Assembly: GCA_010405405.1 (NCBI GenBank)
Contig: MU004232.1
Location: forward strand, 1,879,481 to 1,943,480
Length of the DNA: 64,000 bases
Origin: Microthyrium microscopicum
Lineage: Eukaryota
Reading direction: 5' to 3'
Shown here piece after piece: positions 12,256-24,761 of the stretch. The notes under the pieces were generated by a model. The model ran no database searches. It saw nothing but the letters and a program-made list of their open reading frames with translations, and had not been told where the DNA came from. The stretch's first letter is position 1. The number at the start of each line of letters is the position of its first letter. The translations under genes and the position numbers were made by a program.

Positions 12256-14325
12256 TCATTCGTAGTCTTCATCACCAGAGGGCTCACTATCAAGCAGATC
12301 GCTTTCCCGTAGTTCCTGAGTCCGTGGTCGTTGATCACCAATGCTGATGTTGACGACCTCACACATACCCAGAGTGCTACCCGGAGCCTTGAGAGCAGCA
12401 AACACTCGACTCTTCAGTGAGGCTGCAAAGAGATCGTCCTCGTCTTCGATGGTTGGTCGGCGAGGGCGCAATCGTCGGGTGCTTGCAGAGTCACTAGCTG
12501 TGGCATCCGACTTTGGCGGCGAGGCTGGAGCAGCGGCTCGGAGTTTGGCCTGGTTCCATTGGCGGTAGGCCCGTTTGGAGACGAGATGTGGTGATGGTTC
12601 ATCTGAAACTCGAAGGAACACTTCTTCAAATTTAGATACCCATTGGTCGCGGAACGTGGCACGTTGCTTCCATCCTAAGCCGCCGACTGAGGCAGAGATT
12701 TCGAGGTGGCGAAGATTTGGGAGCTCTTGAGATGAATCGATGATGGATTTGAAGAACATCTCTGCTGCAGGACCTTCCCAATGTCGCAGATGGAGTATCT
12801 CCAAATGAATCAATGAGCTTGGCCAAGTAGGAACGCAGGTTTCGTTGATGATATTGTCGAACCAGGTGTCGTAGACTTTTGATCGATCGTCGGGATCGAA
12901 ATATATGAGCTCCATACGTAGATCTTCAAGATGAGGACAAGTTTTTTTCAAGCATTGAAGGAAGTTGAGATCCAAGCTTGGATTATGATCGAGAACTAGC
13001 GTTTTTAGTGAGTTTCCTTGCTCAAGGTATGCTTGTAAATGTTCAGATCGCAGCCAATGGCAACAGTGTATATCCAACTTTGTCAGTGTTGAAGGCAAGC
13101 GGTTGAGCCACGGCCCTGTGACTATATCACAATATTCGAATCTCATGTTTCTTAAACGCGGCAGAGCTTGAATTGCCGTAGATAATGGATCGGTTGCACC
13201 ATAGTCTGGTGGTATATATGTGGCTTGATTGGACTTTAAAACCACTTCAGGGTTGGCTTGATTGAGAGTTGTCGGAGTCATGTCGAGAAAACTTTCAGTT
13301 GCAGTCTTCGTGAAATTGAAGTTTGTCAATGTGAGATGTTTGATCTTGGACAGGGGCATTTGTTGATGACAATTTAGGATGAACTTCCAGCGATCGGATG
13401 CGTCTAGTTCCTGGTCCACCGGCATCATCTTCATGTTCCAATTCCATGACTTCAAGGGTGGGTCTACACGCCCTATCTCGCTGATTAAATCTGTAGGCAT
13501 TTGCCAATACCGTTCAGTCGCTACCGTAGCATTTCCTCGAAGCGCGTGATCTTTAGGACTCCATATGTTGAGGTGAGCTAGCTGTGGCAATTGTTTGACG
13601 AGCGCAACCAGATCAAAAGTAGTGCCAAGACATCTCTCGTCAATTTCCAGTCGTTTGACTTTGCTGTGATAGTTGATGAAATGTCTGGAGGTAGGTGCCA
13701 TCATATGACCAAAAAAAAGTTCGATTCGTGTGCTTGTATAGAGCGGTGGATTGCGATACAGCGCGGCCAAGGCTGGCTCCGAGTAGTCTTTGCAAGTTTT
13801 AGCTGCACCAGCCAACCAAGATGAGCCCGCTTTTTGGCCGGTAGGATAGAGCGCAAAGCCAAAGTCAAAGATGCTGAGCATAACCTCGTAGGGCAAGGTA
13901 TGCCAGAGTGGTGAGATTCCATCAGTGGGAATTTGAGGTCCTTTGGGAACTTTACGGCGTTTTGGTCTATCCTCTCGAGGCTCACGTGCTGGACGTGTTG
14001 CACGACGTCTTGATGGTGATGCTTTTGGGGCGGTTGCAGCTCTAGTACGCTTTGCAATTGGCCGAGTGGCTAATCGGCGACGTTTTGGAGCCGGCAACTC
14101 GAGATGCTCTTCTCCAGACTCAGACTCATCACCAGAAAAACCTTCATCGGATGATAGCTCTTTGAGAGACTGAACTTTTTGTCGACTAGCACGAGTTGAA
14201 TGGCGTGTTGGTGGAGACCGGGATCCGTCAGAGCCAAAAGATGCATCATCTTCATCGATGTTGTCGAAGCTGAGTTCGCGGTATGACACACGAGTTGCCC
14301 GCGATCTTGCGCCGCGCGGAGCCAT
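12256..14325 (-). CDS. F-box-like / RNI-type leucine-rich repeat protein with basic, disordered N-terminus
   Basis: Intronless ORF; WHTLPYEVMLSIFDF F-box-like motif followed by LRR-like units (LPQLAHLNI, LPRLRNMRF, LKTLVLDHN, CPHLEDLRM, LPNLRHLEI). Confidence 0.72.
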   Translation of the reverse strand: MAPRGARSRATRVSYRELSFDNIDEDDASFGSDGSRSPPTRHSTRASRQKVQSLKELSSDEGFSGDESESGEEHLELPAPKRRRLATRPIAKRTRAATAPKASPSRRRATRPAREPREDRPKRRKVPKGPQIPTDGISPLWHTLPYEVMLSIFDFGFALYPTGQKAGSSWLAGAAKTCKDYSEPALAALYRNPPLYTSTRIELFFGHMMAPTSRHFINYHSKVKRLEIDERCLGTTFDLVALVKQLPQLAHLNIWSPKDHALRGNATVATERYWQMPTDLISEIGRVDPPLKSWNWNMKMMPVDQELDASDRWKFILNCHQQMPLSKIKHLTLTNFNFTKTATESFLDMTPTTLNQANPEVVLKSNQATYIPPDYGATDPLSTAIQALPRLRNMRFEYCDIVTGPWLNRLPSTLTKLDIHCCHWLRSEHLQAYLEQGNSLKTLVLDHNPSLDLNFLQCLKKTCPHLEDLRMELIYFDPDDRSKVYDTWFDNIINETCVPTWPSSLIHLEILHLRHWEGPAAEMFFKSIIDSSQELPNLRHLEISASVGGLGWKQRATFRDQWVSKFEEVFLRVSDEPSPHLVSKRAYRQWNQAKLRAAAPASPPKSDATASDSASTRRLRPRRPTIEDEDDLFAASLKSRVFAALKAPGSTLGMCEVVNISIGDQRPRTQELRESDLLDSEPSGDEDYE

Positions 14326-14621
14326 GATGAGGCGAATGAATAAGTGGTGATGGAGTTCGAGGACGGATGACAGGAAGGCTGCAGCTCGAAAGCTCACTTG
14401 AAGAGTACAGGGTTGCCTTTTACAAGCGTCACTGCCAAGACGCTAGCTGAATTCAGTTACTGCCTGCATTAGCGTTAACCTTATCTTTGAATATCCGCGC
14501 TGATCAACACACGACATTTGAGATGCGGAGAGTATCGTGACTGGTAGAAATCGCGTCTTCTATTGATAATCGTGAGGTTTGAAGTGTCAGGTTTGGAATG
14601 TGCGGTTTTGACATCTCAGAC

Positions 14622-15777
14622 TCAACTGAACCGTCTCGCCGCTCTTAAGCGACGCATCATAGCACTATTGCTGGAAGATGGGCTGGGAGCGATTTCTGAT
14701 GTCTCCATCACAACATCGCTGACTCCACTCCAACGGCCTCTTCTCACCCCCGAGCGCCGTCTACGATCACTGCTCCGTGTGTAGCTCACAAAGCTCGTCT
14801 CTAGCATGTCGCCCACTGACCGATCAAGCTCTGCCTGATCCACACTCACATCCTCGCCTCCATCTCCATCTTCCATACCAGAATCATCATCAGAAGATGT
14901 CTCCTCTTCAGTGTCCGTATGTTGATAACTTCCAGCTTCAGGAATGTCTTCGTCAAGATCTCGATCGATACCAAGGTCGCGCATGTCCTGTGCTCTGCCA
15001 TCTAGCTCCGCGTCTTCTGCATCCAAGTATCCTTGTGTTTGGCTAGGACTGAATCCATCGCCGCCTACCAGACCAATTCCGCCTACTAAACTGCCTTCAA
15101 GCAGACTCTCTTCGTTGAAACGGCTCGGCGCATGGCCGGTAGCCTGCGTATTATCGATGCTGTTTTCTTCATCACTCTCATCTTCATCTTCATCGTCTTC
15201 ATCGTCCTCATCTTCCATCTCCATTGCGTCTGCGTCAGGGATATCTTCATCCAAATCGCGCTCTCCAGCCTCATTCAGTTGTTCCTGTCCTTCTGGCATT
15301 TGTGCTGCTTGAGCAGCGCGCTCTTCTGCATATCGTTCTTCTCGTCGTTGTAGTTCCGCCTGCTCGCGTCGCTCAATGTCCTCGTCTATTCTCGCTTGTA
15401 ACGTCTTTGCGACACCCGGTGGGCGAATCCAATTGGCTCCGAACCGTCTGACATTTTGCTTTCGTTGTTCGATCAGCTGCTCGTCAGCAATGAGCTGGTT
15501 CAATAGAGCTTGTGTGCGGGCATGATGGACGTGAACAGCGGGTCTATGGGCGGCATTATGGTGGTGATGGTTATGTTGATGCGATGTCTGTTGTTGATTG
15601 CCGTGAGATGAAGCATGTTGGCGGTTATTGGATGTGGTATCTTCGTTTCCTAGGGGTATTGGCCGAAATGGAGATGAGGACCAAAAGTCCTACAGTACAT
15701 AGTTAGTCCACTGTCCGTTGCGCCGGGTAGAGTAATATGCTCACATCTCTCGGGGGTAGATATGGTAACGATAGCAT
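14622..15777 (-). CDS. APC15: Anaphase-promoting complex subunit Apc15/Mnd2-family protein; one intron ~15690-15744
   Basis: MLSLPYLPPRD exon spliced in frame to EQRKQNVRRFGANWIRPPGVAKTLQ; acidic tail with ERDLDEDIPDAD and EAGSYQHTDTE. Confidence 0.8.
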
Positions 15778-16362
15778 TGTGGTCGATCGCCCACACGTGA
15801 GAAATGCGTCGCGTAATGTCAGAAGAGAAGTTCAACGACTGGAACTGCGCGTATGATGCCGAAAACTAGAATGATAAAGCAGCCGCCGGTTTGTGGTTGT
15901 TGTTGTTTCGTGTTATTGCTCACGTCTTGATTGGCAGTGACGACCAACATCTCGCAATGCACGGACCATTCGATTTCCGGATATCTCAACTTCAGATCGT
16001 ACGCAGTATTCATCTCAAGATTTTTCATTCATTGCGATTCCTTCCTGTTCAAACTGTGCGCATCTGATCCCATGCTATTGAAACAACTCCAATGGCTACT
16101 TCGGCCGGTTAGCTGTGTGCAACGGTTTGATCTCCTTCTTGAAGCGCAGCACGATACCGATGGCATTCACCTCTTTTATAGAGGCATAACAAAAGCGAAC
16201 AAGATAGAGAATCAGCAAACAAACATTTCATTAGCTATTATCATCCCCCTACGTCAAAAGCATTAACATCCAGATCAACAGCAGCTTTGCCTCCACCAAG
16301 AATCGACATGCGAGAATTCCTACTCTCCTCGCATCCTAACTTTCCAAAGCGCCCGGATAGAT

Positions 16363-18081
16363 CTAAAAGTTTGCACTAGACATAGTCGCGAACGCGGAAG
16401 CCGATGCCGCCGCAGCCGCCTGCGCACTTGCAAGTCCCATCGCAGCCGTATGCGCCGCAGCAGCACTATTCGCCGCCGCCGCAGCATTAGCTGCTCCGTT
16501 CATGCTGCTCATAGCGCCATGTGCTGCACTTGCTCCACTGGCCATACTATGCGCGGTTCCCAGATGCTCTACGATCTCCACGCCTACGACTGTCGCCACT
16601 ACAGCACCTCCAACTGCCATGGCGATGTGTCGCTTCTTGGTGTTCTTTAGTGTCTCTTTGGACTTGTCGTAGGTCTTTTCGGCAACGTCTTTGGTTTTTT
16701 CGAAAGTCTTTCCGGCCATCCTTTTGGCTTTGTCTTGCAAGCTTTCGTGTCCGGAGGCTTCGGGGTTTGGAGTGGTGGGTTTGTTTGCGGTGGGGATGGG
16801 CGGTGCGAAAGAAGGTGTCTTTTCGGGCGGGTAGGAGCTGGGTGTTGGTGGGTTGCTGTCGTTTGTGTATGGCGGTGGAGGGGCGAAGTATTGGGTTTGC
16901 TCAGAAGGATGTGCTGGGCTTGGTGTATTCGCGGATGGGGGAGGAGGGAAGTATTGTCCCTGCTCTGGTGCTTGCGACGTGTTTGGTGGTGCGATTGTCG
17001 GTGGAGGAGGAAAGTATTGTCCTTGCTCTGCTACCTGCAGCTGGTTTGGCGTCCCGTTTGCTGTTGGCGGCGGTGCGAAGTACTGTCCCTGTGGCAGACC
17101 CTGTGATTGTACTGGTGTTGAAGCTGCACATGGCGGAGGAGGATAAATCTGGTGCTGCTGAGCTCCTGGAGTCTGTATTGGGCTTGGACTTGATGATGGA
17201 GGCGGAGGAGGATAACCCTGCTGGTGGTATAATTCTGGTGTTTGCGCATAGTTTAGTTTCATGCCGTAGGCTGGCGGAGATTGAACAGAAGAAGACTGCT
17301 GCCATTGGGATGGAGACTGGGCTGGGCTTGCCGTGCTGGCTGGATGCATATAGGCCTGGCTTTGCATCTGATGCGCCTGGCTTGTGCTCACTGATGGAGA
17401 AGGCATATGCCATTGCGGCTGCGCACTCTGACCTTGTGGTTTGGATGCCATTGGTACGGGTGGAGGCATTCCATATTGTGCGGGTTGGCTGTGTGTCGAT
17501 GGTGGTTCTGCATGCGCACTCGGATACCCTGGTTGTGCTGCATATGGATAAGGCGATATCTCCGGCTGAATGGGCTGCGACGACTGGCCTGGAGCTACCT
17601 GCGAATATGAGTATACAGGAGATGCAGATGTTGGTTGCTGATATCCATGGTAGCTTGGAACTGCTGTCTGATTCTGTAAAGGTGTTGGAGGTGCCGCTAC
17701 TTGCTGCGAATGCTCATGCTGATTGTATGGAGGAATTGAGCCATGAGACTGATAGTCATAACGTGATGCAGCAGGCGCAATTGGCCCAGTCTGCGATGTG
17801 TTTGGCGGCTGCCATTGCTCATAGCCAGCTGCTGCTAGGGGTGGTGTCTGCAATACTTGATGTTGACTTGAAGGGTAATAATTCTGGAGCACTGGTTGAG
17901 AGGACAGAGCCTGCTGATCTGTCGCATTGTTTGCGCTGCTATTCAACCATGAGAATTGTTGTTGATGTTGTGGTCGTGAAGGCATGCCCCTGGATTGAGA
18001 CTCATGATTATCTGGTGTTGCTGTATGTTGAGGAGGAACGTGATAGCCTTGGGGCTCATGGTGGGAGTTAAGAGAATCCAT
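16363..18081 (-). CDS. Pro/Gln/Tyr-rich protein with QGQYFxPPP repeats, PPPY motif and a C-terminal hydrophobic helix
   Basis: Long intronless ORF from ATG 18081 with coherent composition; no recognisable globular domain. Confidence 0.75.
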   Translation of the reverse strand: MDSLNSHHEPQGYHVPPQHTATPDNHESQSRGMPSRPQHQQQFSWLNSSANNATDQQALSSQPVLQNYYPSSQHQVLQTPPLAAAGYEQWQPPNTSQTGPIAPAASRYDYQSHGSIPPYNQHEHSQQVAAPPTPLQNQTAVPSYHGYQQPTSASPVYSYSQVAPGQSSQPIQPEISPYPYAAQPGYPSAHAEPPSTHSQPAQYGMPPPVPMASKPQGQSAQPQWHMPSPSVSTSQAHQMQSQAYMHPASTASPAQSPSQWQQSSSVQSPPAYGMKLNYAQTPELYHQQGYPPPPPSSSPSPIQTPGAQQHQIYPPPPCAASTPVQSQGLPQGQYFAPPPTANGTPNQLQVAEQGQYFPPPPTIAPPNTSQAPEQGQYFPPPPSANTPSPAHPSEQTQYFAPPPPYTNDSNPPTPSSYPPEKTPSFAPPIPTANKPTTPNPEASGHESLQDKAKRMAGKTFEKTKDVAEKTYDKSKETLKNTKKRHIAMAVGGAVVATVVGVEIVEHLGTAHSMASGASAAHGAMSSMNGAANAAAAANSAAAAHTAAMGLASAQAAAAASASAFATMSSANF

Positions 18082-19848
18082 TGTAAACAACTCTTAGATG
18101 TATCGAAATTGAGAAGCTCTTATGGAAATGATCTGCGACGATGGCAATGAACTGCCTTTCTGGCGTGGTAGCTGAAAGGAATATACTCCGATGGCTAAGG
18201 CGCCATCCCCTAAATCAAGCTTGTCAAGCTTTCCAGTCTACCCCGGATTAAGTTACACAATCTCGTTAAGAAGTAATCTAGAAAGCCTCCTGCAAAGCTG
18301 CTTGGCTGGGATATCAAGCCAAATCGATTTATTCATTATGATTGGGTAAAAGTAAGCCACTTTCACGATGTGTTTTCAGCTGAAATGCGGTTGACCGCGC
18401 AAAAGGTACATATGGTTCTAGGCCCAAAGGCGCAGTCTGATATGAGGCTCAAAATCTATAAACAGCGTTGATCTCGGCTTCTGAGAGTTCTGTATCTTTC
18501 GAAATATCATTTTACCTCAAGTTCCTATTTCAAAAATAAAAAATGATAGCCTAGGAGGTGACAGAATATTTAAAAATTGCTATAGATAAACATTTAGGTA
18601 CTTCTAGAATATGCTGTCCCTCGGATTCGAACACTTTGGCTGGATTTCGAATTCTTTGTCAATACTGTCTATCAGGTTGGTATTCGGCAATACTACAAAA
18701 CTTCACACATCAAACAAATGGATTTGTGGGAGCTGCAGTCCATCCATATTCTCCACGTCGAGACCAATTATCGCTCTGATTGCGTCACTAACGTACGGCC
18801 GGAGGGCAACACATCTCTCTCAGACTTCAAACATAAGACGGTACCTCAGTGACCAAATGGCAATTCTCACGGAAGGAGGAGGATCCCGTCTTACTAATCC
18901 TTTGTATGGCTTGGATACGTTAGTCCGAGCTATGGAAACGGGACATCAACGGAGAAAGTACCTAGGTAGCTGGCTTTCACAGGCGATGACTAGAGAGTTT
19001 CGTAGAAAATACCGGTGAAAGCGTTATATGCATACAGCATCGTTGCCTGTTCCCAGAACCGACACGCTCTCGGGATTCAAAGCCCTCACTGAGAGCCTCA
19101 AAGCACTTCAACACACGTTATGATTTTCAGCCTTGCGTTCAGCCTTGCCAAGTTGAACATCGCTATCGCTAAGCTCCACTCCTCATTCAAGCAGACCTTA
19201 GAACTTTCCAGTATGTATACTCTTGGGGAGCTGTTTCATATCAGTGCATCTATCAAAGAAAAAGTTCAGCTTTGATGGACGTCATGTGGGCACATACATG
19301 AGCATTTGAAGAAGCACTGATGTTAAAGAGCTAACGTGTCCTAAGACGCAGAGTTCACAAGCGTCTTAATTAATAAACAAGCGCAAGTTCATTCTCTCGG
19401 TCCTACTAAGCCAGATATTCAGTCCTAGGATGAATGATCGAACCTTTCTCGACATGATACTTTTTTCTGGTTTTCGAGGCTGTGATTGACCAGGTGAAGC
19501 TGAGGAATGCTCCGGCGTGGGTCGTAGGTTCCAATTAAACAAACTGCAACCACCAGCTGAAAGCGCTATTATTTTCAAATACTGAGGCATCAAAATTTAA
19601 TTGAAGAATTTTGAGCACTCCATTTTTGAATACTTCATAGGTTTAAGCTCTCGAGGTTTGCTCGCAAACCATATGCCCACAGTGGGAAGTGGATCTCAAG
19701 GAAGGGTAGACGCGGGGAGGTCTTGGTTGGAACTTGGGCAGGTTCTCTCTTGATTGCCACCACCACCACAGCGATCTCATCCACGACAAATTTGAAATCT
19801 TGATTATCAACTACTTTTGATAGAGTCTGTGCAGCAGACGGACCCAAG

Positions 19849-21438
19849 ATGTCTCTGGAAAAGCTCACCACTATTTCTCCCATAACTAACAAGCCTATCT
19901 TGACCCGCAACGGACTCTCCGATGACGATATCAAGTCCATCACCGCCAACGCCACCAAAGGCTTCCAAGCCTGGAAGAAAGTCGACTTTCCCAAGAGACT
20001 GGAAATCGTAGAAAAGGCTATCAAACTACTGGCCAAAAAGGAAGATGTTCTCGCCAAAGAACTCACTGAGCAAATGGGCCGCCCAATTGCATACACGGGC
20101 AAGGAGATACAGACTGCCGTGATGCGGGCCAAGTACCTCTGCAAAGTTGCTGAGGAGGCTTTGAAGGACACACCGGGAGATGCCGAAAAAGGATTTCAGC
20201 GCTACATTAAGAAGGTTCCAATTGGACCCGTCTTGGTTCTATTCGCTTGGAATGTAAGTCTTTTCTCCGGAGAGAACAATGCTACTGGTACATTTGATCT
20301 CAAATTAACTACTCGCCGACCAATATTGTCCACCTAATACCTGCCACCACGTATCTACGTGTATACACTGACATTAATCATAGTATCCTTATCTCATCTT
20401 GGTCAATTCGTTGATTCCTGCACTATTGGCTGGTAACTCTGTCATCCTCAAACCGTCACCCCAGACACCAACCATTGTGGAGCATGTTCAAGAAATATTC
20501 ACTGAAGCCGGTCTACCAACAAACGTCATCCAATATTTCCATTGTGGCTCACATGTTCAGCTCGAAGCTATCATGCGGTCTCCTGAGATTAAGCACGTTT
20601 GTTTCACCGGATCAGTGGCGGGTGGCCTTGCAGTCAAGAAAGCTGCCAGTGATAGGGTAGAATTGGGTACCGGCCTCGAACTTGGTGGGAAAGATCCTGC
20701 ATACATCCGATCTGACGTTGACATCAAATGGGCGGCCGAGGAAATTGTCGACGGGGCAGTGTTCAACTCAGGTCAAAGCTGTTGTAGCGTCGAAAGGGTA
20801 TATGTCTCGGAAGCTATACATGATGACTTTGTATCAGCTGTTCAGGATGTACTCAAGGGTTACATTCTCGGCGACCCATTCGACAAGAAGACAAATCTTG
20901 GTCCGGTGGTCTCCAAACGTTCCGCCGAAGCAATTACTTCACACGTCAAAGATGCTATCGAAAAGGGAGCAACGGATTCTACACCTGATAATGATTCGTT
21001 CAAATCTCCACCGGCAGATGGGAACTTTGTCGCTCCAACCCTGTTGACGAACGTCACACATGATATGGCGGTTATGACGGAGGAGACGTTTGGACCGATC
21101 ATCCCTATTATGAAAGTAAAGGATGACAAGCAAGCCGTTGAGCTCATGAATGACAGCCAGTTTGGTTTAACGGCCAGTATCTGGACCAAGGATGTTGCTA
21201 AAGGCCACGAGCTCGCTGAGGATGTGGAGGCTGGAACGGTTTTTGTCAACCGCTGCGACTATCCAAGTCCGGTAAGTTGGTTTTCTTCGTGTTTCACAGG
21301 CCACGTACTAATGCAGTGGCTCAGGATTTGGCGTGGACAGGATTCAAGGACTCTGGTAAAGGCCAGACTCTCAGTCGATATGGCTTCGATCAGTTCGTTA
21401 AGCTCAAGAGCTACCACATCAAGGACTATCCAAAGTAG
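19849..21438 (+). CDS. Aldehyde dehydrogenase family protein; introns 20254-20382 and ~21272-21324
   Basis: AWN-YP, LKPSPQTP, FTGSVAGG, LELGGKDP, FNSGQSCC, EETFGP, NDSQFGL, WTGFKDSGKG. Confidence 0.95.
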
Positions 21439-22486
21439 TCTTAGACAGCGGTTCTTGTCAGCTATGCTATTCGCCGTCGATGTCTTACTTTGGGAACACA
21501 AGCCTTCCATGACCTCAATGAAGTAAGCGCATCGTTGCAGTGGTCTTCGATATTGGTGGTTATGATAATATTCTGTCCTGAATATTGTTTTGAAATGACT
21601 TTGTCCTTGCTGCAAATTTACAACTGAGAATATCAGGAGCCATATATATTTACTCGTGGGGTATTGAGTAGGTATACCTTGTAAGACAGTTGTCAAAGGA
21701 TCTGTGGAATGGTCTAGTCCAATGCAAGGAGTGACACCAAACCACAAATTTAGAGGAACCATCCTGTATCCGTCCCTCGACAGGCGAACATGTATCACAG
21801 CGAATCCAACAACCTTTCTGAGTTCTTCACCGCATCTGCAGGATTTTGGCTTCGTGCTAACAGTCACATCGAAATATATCTGGCTCATGCTATCCAGACA
21901 TCGTTTTTGATAGGATATCAGAGTGACCTAGTTAACAATATAAACCTGCTTGATATTCTCTGTACTCCCACACATTCCATCGAGCCTTGTCGCCGTGTAG
22001 CCAACCAAGGACGACCGTATCAACACTACAGGAATGCAGGAAAAAGTGCTTGAGACTGCAAGGAATCATCACGCAGAAACTTCGCGTGGCCTTCCATTGC
22101 AGATTCTGTAATCTCCTGGGCTTTACAAGAATTCATAGCCAATTCATTCTTTGCTCGCCGAGCTAGTTTGGTTGTGCCAGTCTCACCCTTTCGATCTGTC
22201 GATCTTCAACTTCTTATATATTGACTATCTGCTCTGAAAGTCGTCTCGTGCTTCATCAATCAACCAGTCTCTCGTTTGCAACTGTCACTTTTCTGTTTTC
22301 AGTGAAGCTTTCTAGCTTTCACTTGCCTTTCGTTTAGTTCAGCAGCGTGTCCAAGCTTTCGTTTTTTTGATATTTGCCCCTCTGAGTACTTGTAGCTGCG
22401 TTTTCTCCCCACGATTTCACAGCTCTTACTTTCTTTTTTCTGTGTCAACCATTTTCAGTTTTCCTAGCACCATCACACTCGTTTCA

Positions 22487-23452
22487 ATGGGCATCCAGGA
22501 GAAAATCACAGGCGTCAAGAATAGTCTTCGTGCCCGCTTGGCAGAATACTTTCCATGCCTAAAGAAGAAAGCCCGTATCGTAAGTTTCATCTAGCAGCAC
22601 TGGTTTCACCATTTTGATATTGACCTCGCACAGGGACAACCATACAACTTTCGACGAGGAGATGTCACCATTGCCGGCCTTACTGACGACGAGTAAGTAG
22701 TTCGAAATCTCATAGTCCTTGTCACACCACATATACGCTCTTCCCCATGCCATCCATCAACTCTTTCCAGACGACAACCCTTAATACCTTGCTATACTCC
22801 GTACTAACTATAGATCACTAGACAAGCATGGATTCGAGAAAAAGCGATCTCGGATGCCAACCGAATCTTCTCCAACTCTGCGTCTTGCGATGACACCTCC
22901 CCAGCTCTCCCCACTGGCTTCACGATGACGCCATCTGCTTTCTCTACAACAGAGTACAAACCGCTCACAGACACGGAACCTGCCATGTCTGCGTTTGGTT
23001 TGCCTACCATTCCTGTCTCCAACCTAACTCAACCTCCCACCATTCCCTCCAACCTTCCCACTACCCTCTCCGTGCCCAACCCTCCACATGACACGGCTGC
23101 CTCGTCCACTGCCAGCTTCTCGACCGCTTACCCAGAGGCCCCTCCTCGTATGCGTGAAGTCTCCAATCCTAGCTTCCACTCGCTCAGTCTCGCCACGCCT
23201 GCTACTGCTCCGCCGAGGGACGACCGCAATCCAGTGCTCACTTACTCGCCTCCACGACGCGGTTTGCCGGGCGGGTATCCCGATACGCCGGTGAGCAAGA
23301 GATCTACGGGTAGTTGGTCGTCCAATGGCAGCCATGATGGTAGTCCACGAGGTATTCCACGAGGCCCACGAGAGGGTCGATACTGCCTGCCTGAGCACTT
23401 CGAGGAGGCCAATTCCAAGGATTGGAGTATGGCTGTCATGGCTAGTGCTTGA
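22487..23452 (+). CDS. Hypothetical Ser/Pro-rich protein with a CRIB-like N-terminal motif; introns ~22580-22633 and ~22693-22821
   Basis: Canonical GTAAGT donors and branch sites join MGIQEK...ARI / GQPYNFRRGDVTIAGLTDDE / QAWIREKAISDA in frame with ORF 22925-23452. Confidence 0.65.
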
Positions 23453-23937
23453 AATGAAGGGTTCGATATGAAAGAAATCTCAGAGTGAGAGAGCTGGACC
23501 TGTGTTTGAGATGCCGCCACGAAAAGTATGCGAGAAGGATTGGTATACGGCTATGCTGGGTTTGGATGACCGATGGCAAGCAGGCAAGTGATGAGACAAA
23601 TGATTCGATAATAAGAGCTCAGGTCAAATGGGGAGTCGTAGAGAAAGTGAAGCCTTTCATGTCTACAAACACCACTGGACGAAGAGGCTGAGATTGGACG
23701 AGTAGTGTGTAATAATAGTTTGGGGCTCAACATATGCGTATTCGGCTCGATATAATGTAATTTTACCAGGGCTTGGGTAATTCTAAAAATTGGATATCAA
23801 TACTTCTTCATCAAAACTGGATGACTCATGGTGCTGTTTGTATTCGGCTTACTGCAGTTGGAGGGGTAGATGGATTATCTTCTCTGAAAGTATCTTCAGA
23901 GATCAGCACCCTGTTGAAGCAAACTGTAAACATAATC

Positions 23938-24574
23938 ATGGCGGAGAAGATACCTATACCTAGAGTTGGTATTGGTCTTTTCTGCTTTCGAAAGAATGGC
24001 ACGTTTCTGGCTGGAAGGAGGAAAGGTAGTCTTGGAGCTGGTAAGTTGACCTTGAAAGTCTATTGAAACCAATGCGCTGGAGCTTCGACTAATTGCTGAG
24101 AAGGAACGTATGCTCTGCCTGGTGGCCATTTGGAGTTTGGAGAGTCGTTTGAAGATTGTGTTACACGAGAGCTGGCAGAGGAGACTGGCCTTCAAGTCAC
24201 TGACCTTGCCTTTTTGACGACTATCAACACAGTGTTTGAAGATGCCAAGAAACACTACGTGACGACTCTTATGGGAGGATATGTCATAGATGAAGCTGCG
24301 GAGCCTAAAGTAGGTAGATGATTTCCTGATTCAGTGGCTGTCAGCACCTGGGTTCTGGGTATCGACCAAACAACATCTCTCAAACGAAAAGATTGAAGAC
24401 CACTAATGACTCGAGTAGGTGATGGAACCAGAAAAGTGCTATGGATGGGAATGGGTGACATGGGAAGATTTGAAAAGTTCTCCCAAATTGCAGCCAGTGT
24501 TCAAGCCGTTGACAAGTTTGGTGGAGCAGAGACCTGGATTTGATCCATTGGTGGTGTTGAAAGCCTCGAGATAG
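23938..24574 (+). CDS. Nudix hydrolase (NUDT15/AtNUDT1-like); introns ~24041-24103 and ~24310-24418
   Basis: PRVGIG...[39 protein letters not shown] (intact Nudix box), [20 protein letters not shown]. Confidence 0.93.
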
Positions 24575-24761
24575 GCTTGAGGAGCTATCTGAATTTAGGA
24601 ATTCCAGAAGTCTGAGCAAATTGATCTTGAGTCGCTGGGAGCATTGAGATTTGGGAGCTCATGACACGCTTCAGTGTCCGGCCCGTCACCCACCTTCCAA
24701 TGTCGCATCTCCCTGTAACCCATCGCATCGTCAAATTTCAAACTCACCATCAACCGCAAAC

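Noticed and set aside
16521..18071. 516-aa + strand ORF
   Set aside because: Antisense shadow of the Pro/Gln-rich gene; no independent family signal
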